Part shown: piece by piece, positions 62,430 through 64,000 of the stretch
Layout: each line of letters starts with the position of its first letter
Numbering within the stretch: position 1 is the first letter of the stretch
NCBI RefSeq assembly: GCF_004010195.1
Contig: NC_057734.1
Coordinates: forward strand, 45,085,605 to 45,149,604
Length of the DNA stretch: 64,000 nucleotides
Direction of reading: 5' to 3'
From: Chiloscyllium plagiosum
Lineage: Eukaryota
The notes under the pieces: generated by a model
Told to the model about the DNA's origin: nothing
What the model saw: only the letters and a program-made list of their open reading frames with translations
Databases searched by the model: none
Translations under genes and position numbers: made by a program

Positions 62430-63310
62430 TTAGCCTTAAATTGTCAGCACCCTTTCTTCAGACTATGCACCTTTAGTTCTAGACCCACCAATTGGGAGCA
62501 ACAACACTGCAAAGATCTCTAGGACGACTTTACAAATCAAAGACTTTGTCTATCTTTTTCACAAAGCTCAGGATATGTAGGCCCATTCTACTCAATTATC
62601 CCCATAAAACAAGCTGTTCATCCAAGAAATCAATCCAGTGAACCTTTTTAATCCCTGCTAAGGCAAGTAAACATCAGGCAGGGATATCAAAACCTAAATT
62701 GTACTTCTGTTCTCACAAAAGCACAAAATAATTGCTGAAAATGTATTTATTCCTATATTACAATACCGTGTTTGTGCGTTATACAGATTCACCAGAAATT
62801 CTTTGCTTTTGTAGTCTACGCTCTTTTTTAGTCAATGATCCTGAATGTCATGTTAAGCAGTTTTCCAACCAACCCACCGACTTTAATACTTTATTTATAC
62901 TCATATGTCCTTCTGTTCCTTCGCCCCTTTTAGAATTGTATTTTTTAAACTGCATTGTATCTATTCCATTCATTTCTTTTACGTAAATATGTCACCACAC
63001 ATTTGTCTACAATAAATTTAATCCATCATATGTCTGTCCATTCTACCATTGTTCGTCTGCAGTACTCTAAAGTAATGAAACTATGGCCTTATTTTAGATC
63101 ACAAATGAAGAGATGCAGCAGTTCTAGTACGGACAAATGAGGAACCCCATCATCAATCTCCCTTCAGATGGAGCAAGAACCTTTCAGCACTATTCTCCAC
63201 TTCCATCACTCAGCCAACTTTCTATCCATCTGCAAAACATCCCCTTTTATACCATAGTTTTTAATTTGCTAATGCACCCACAGTATCGAACTTTAGCAAG
63301 TGTCTTTTTA
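62430..63310 (-). mobile_element. Highly decayed CR1 fragment
   Basis: Residual similarity to the - strand CR1 copies (TTTAGTTCTAGAC, CTCAGCCAACTTTCTATCCA). Confidence 0.5.
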
Positions 63311-64000
63311 AAATATGTTGATAGTACATCCAGCATATTACCTTTATGAACACACTGAACTGGATTATATCTGCCCATTGGCAATGGCTTGCAAGTGTGA
63401 AAATTTGAAAATGATATGGTCAGGTGTTAGAAGAAGTGTCCAATATCTTCCAGCTGTCCAAGGCATTTTCAACAGCAGTGAAGTTGGCAAATGGCCAATC
63501 ATGCCATTCGATTGACTCAGCTTCAGGGTAATTTCGCATGCGTTAAGTGAGCTTGCTGGTGCAAGTGGAGATCACACGAGAAATGTGGCTGCCTTCTTCC
63601 ATTTTCCAGGAATGGAGTCCTTCTTTATGGGTGACCTGGCCCTCAAAGACACCTCATCGCCCCACGTGGCAATGAAATGTCTGCTACTACGTTGGTATTC
63701 ATCATTGGTTTCAAATTGTCTCATCCTCATCTCTTCCCTATTGACTCAACTGTCATTCGACTTTTTAAAAAAACTTTGGCTTATTCATTCGACATTTTCA
63801 TGTCTGGGCTAAATGATTTATTCAATATTCACTAAGTGCTTCCATATTGACATCCTTTGGTCCACTTGACTAATCTCATTCTCAGATATGTCATTAAACT
63901 GGGTGTATCTTGCTCTAGAACATACTTTAGAATATATACCATTTCGATCCAGAGTAAGATCATAAAAATACTGCCTAATAACTGTTCAATAGTTTTGTAC

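Overview
Vertebrate genomic DNA, almost certainly from a shark: it carries HE1-type tRNA-derived SINEs, CR1 LINEs sharing the SINE 3' tail, and a cluster-type Ig light-chain gene. Two host genes lie on the + strand. (1) The last seven coding exons of the histone H3.3 chaperone gene HIRA (2419-23010), all GT-AG and phase-consistent, giving 272 aa to the stop. (2) About 34 kb downstream, a complete, open, single Ig light-chain gene (leader 57251-57299, fused VJ exon 57397-57747, C exon 60254-60582; 242 aa). It has an octamer promoter and no recombination signal sequences, so it appears germline-joined. Its C domain is lambda-like and its V domain has a long CDR2. The remainder is dense, nested repeat debris: CR1, Rex1/Babar, older CR1/L2-like LINEs, HE1 SINEs, two solo LTRs, a 39-bp minisatellite and Penelope-like elements. 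Several Penelope termini still encode intact minimal hammerhead ribozyme cores. There is an assembly gap at 5314-5999. TE boundaries were read by eye and are approximate, and protein comparisons are from recall rather than database searches.
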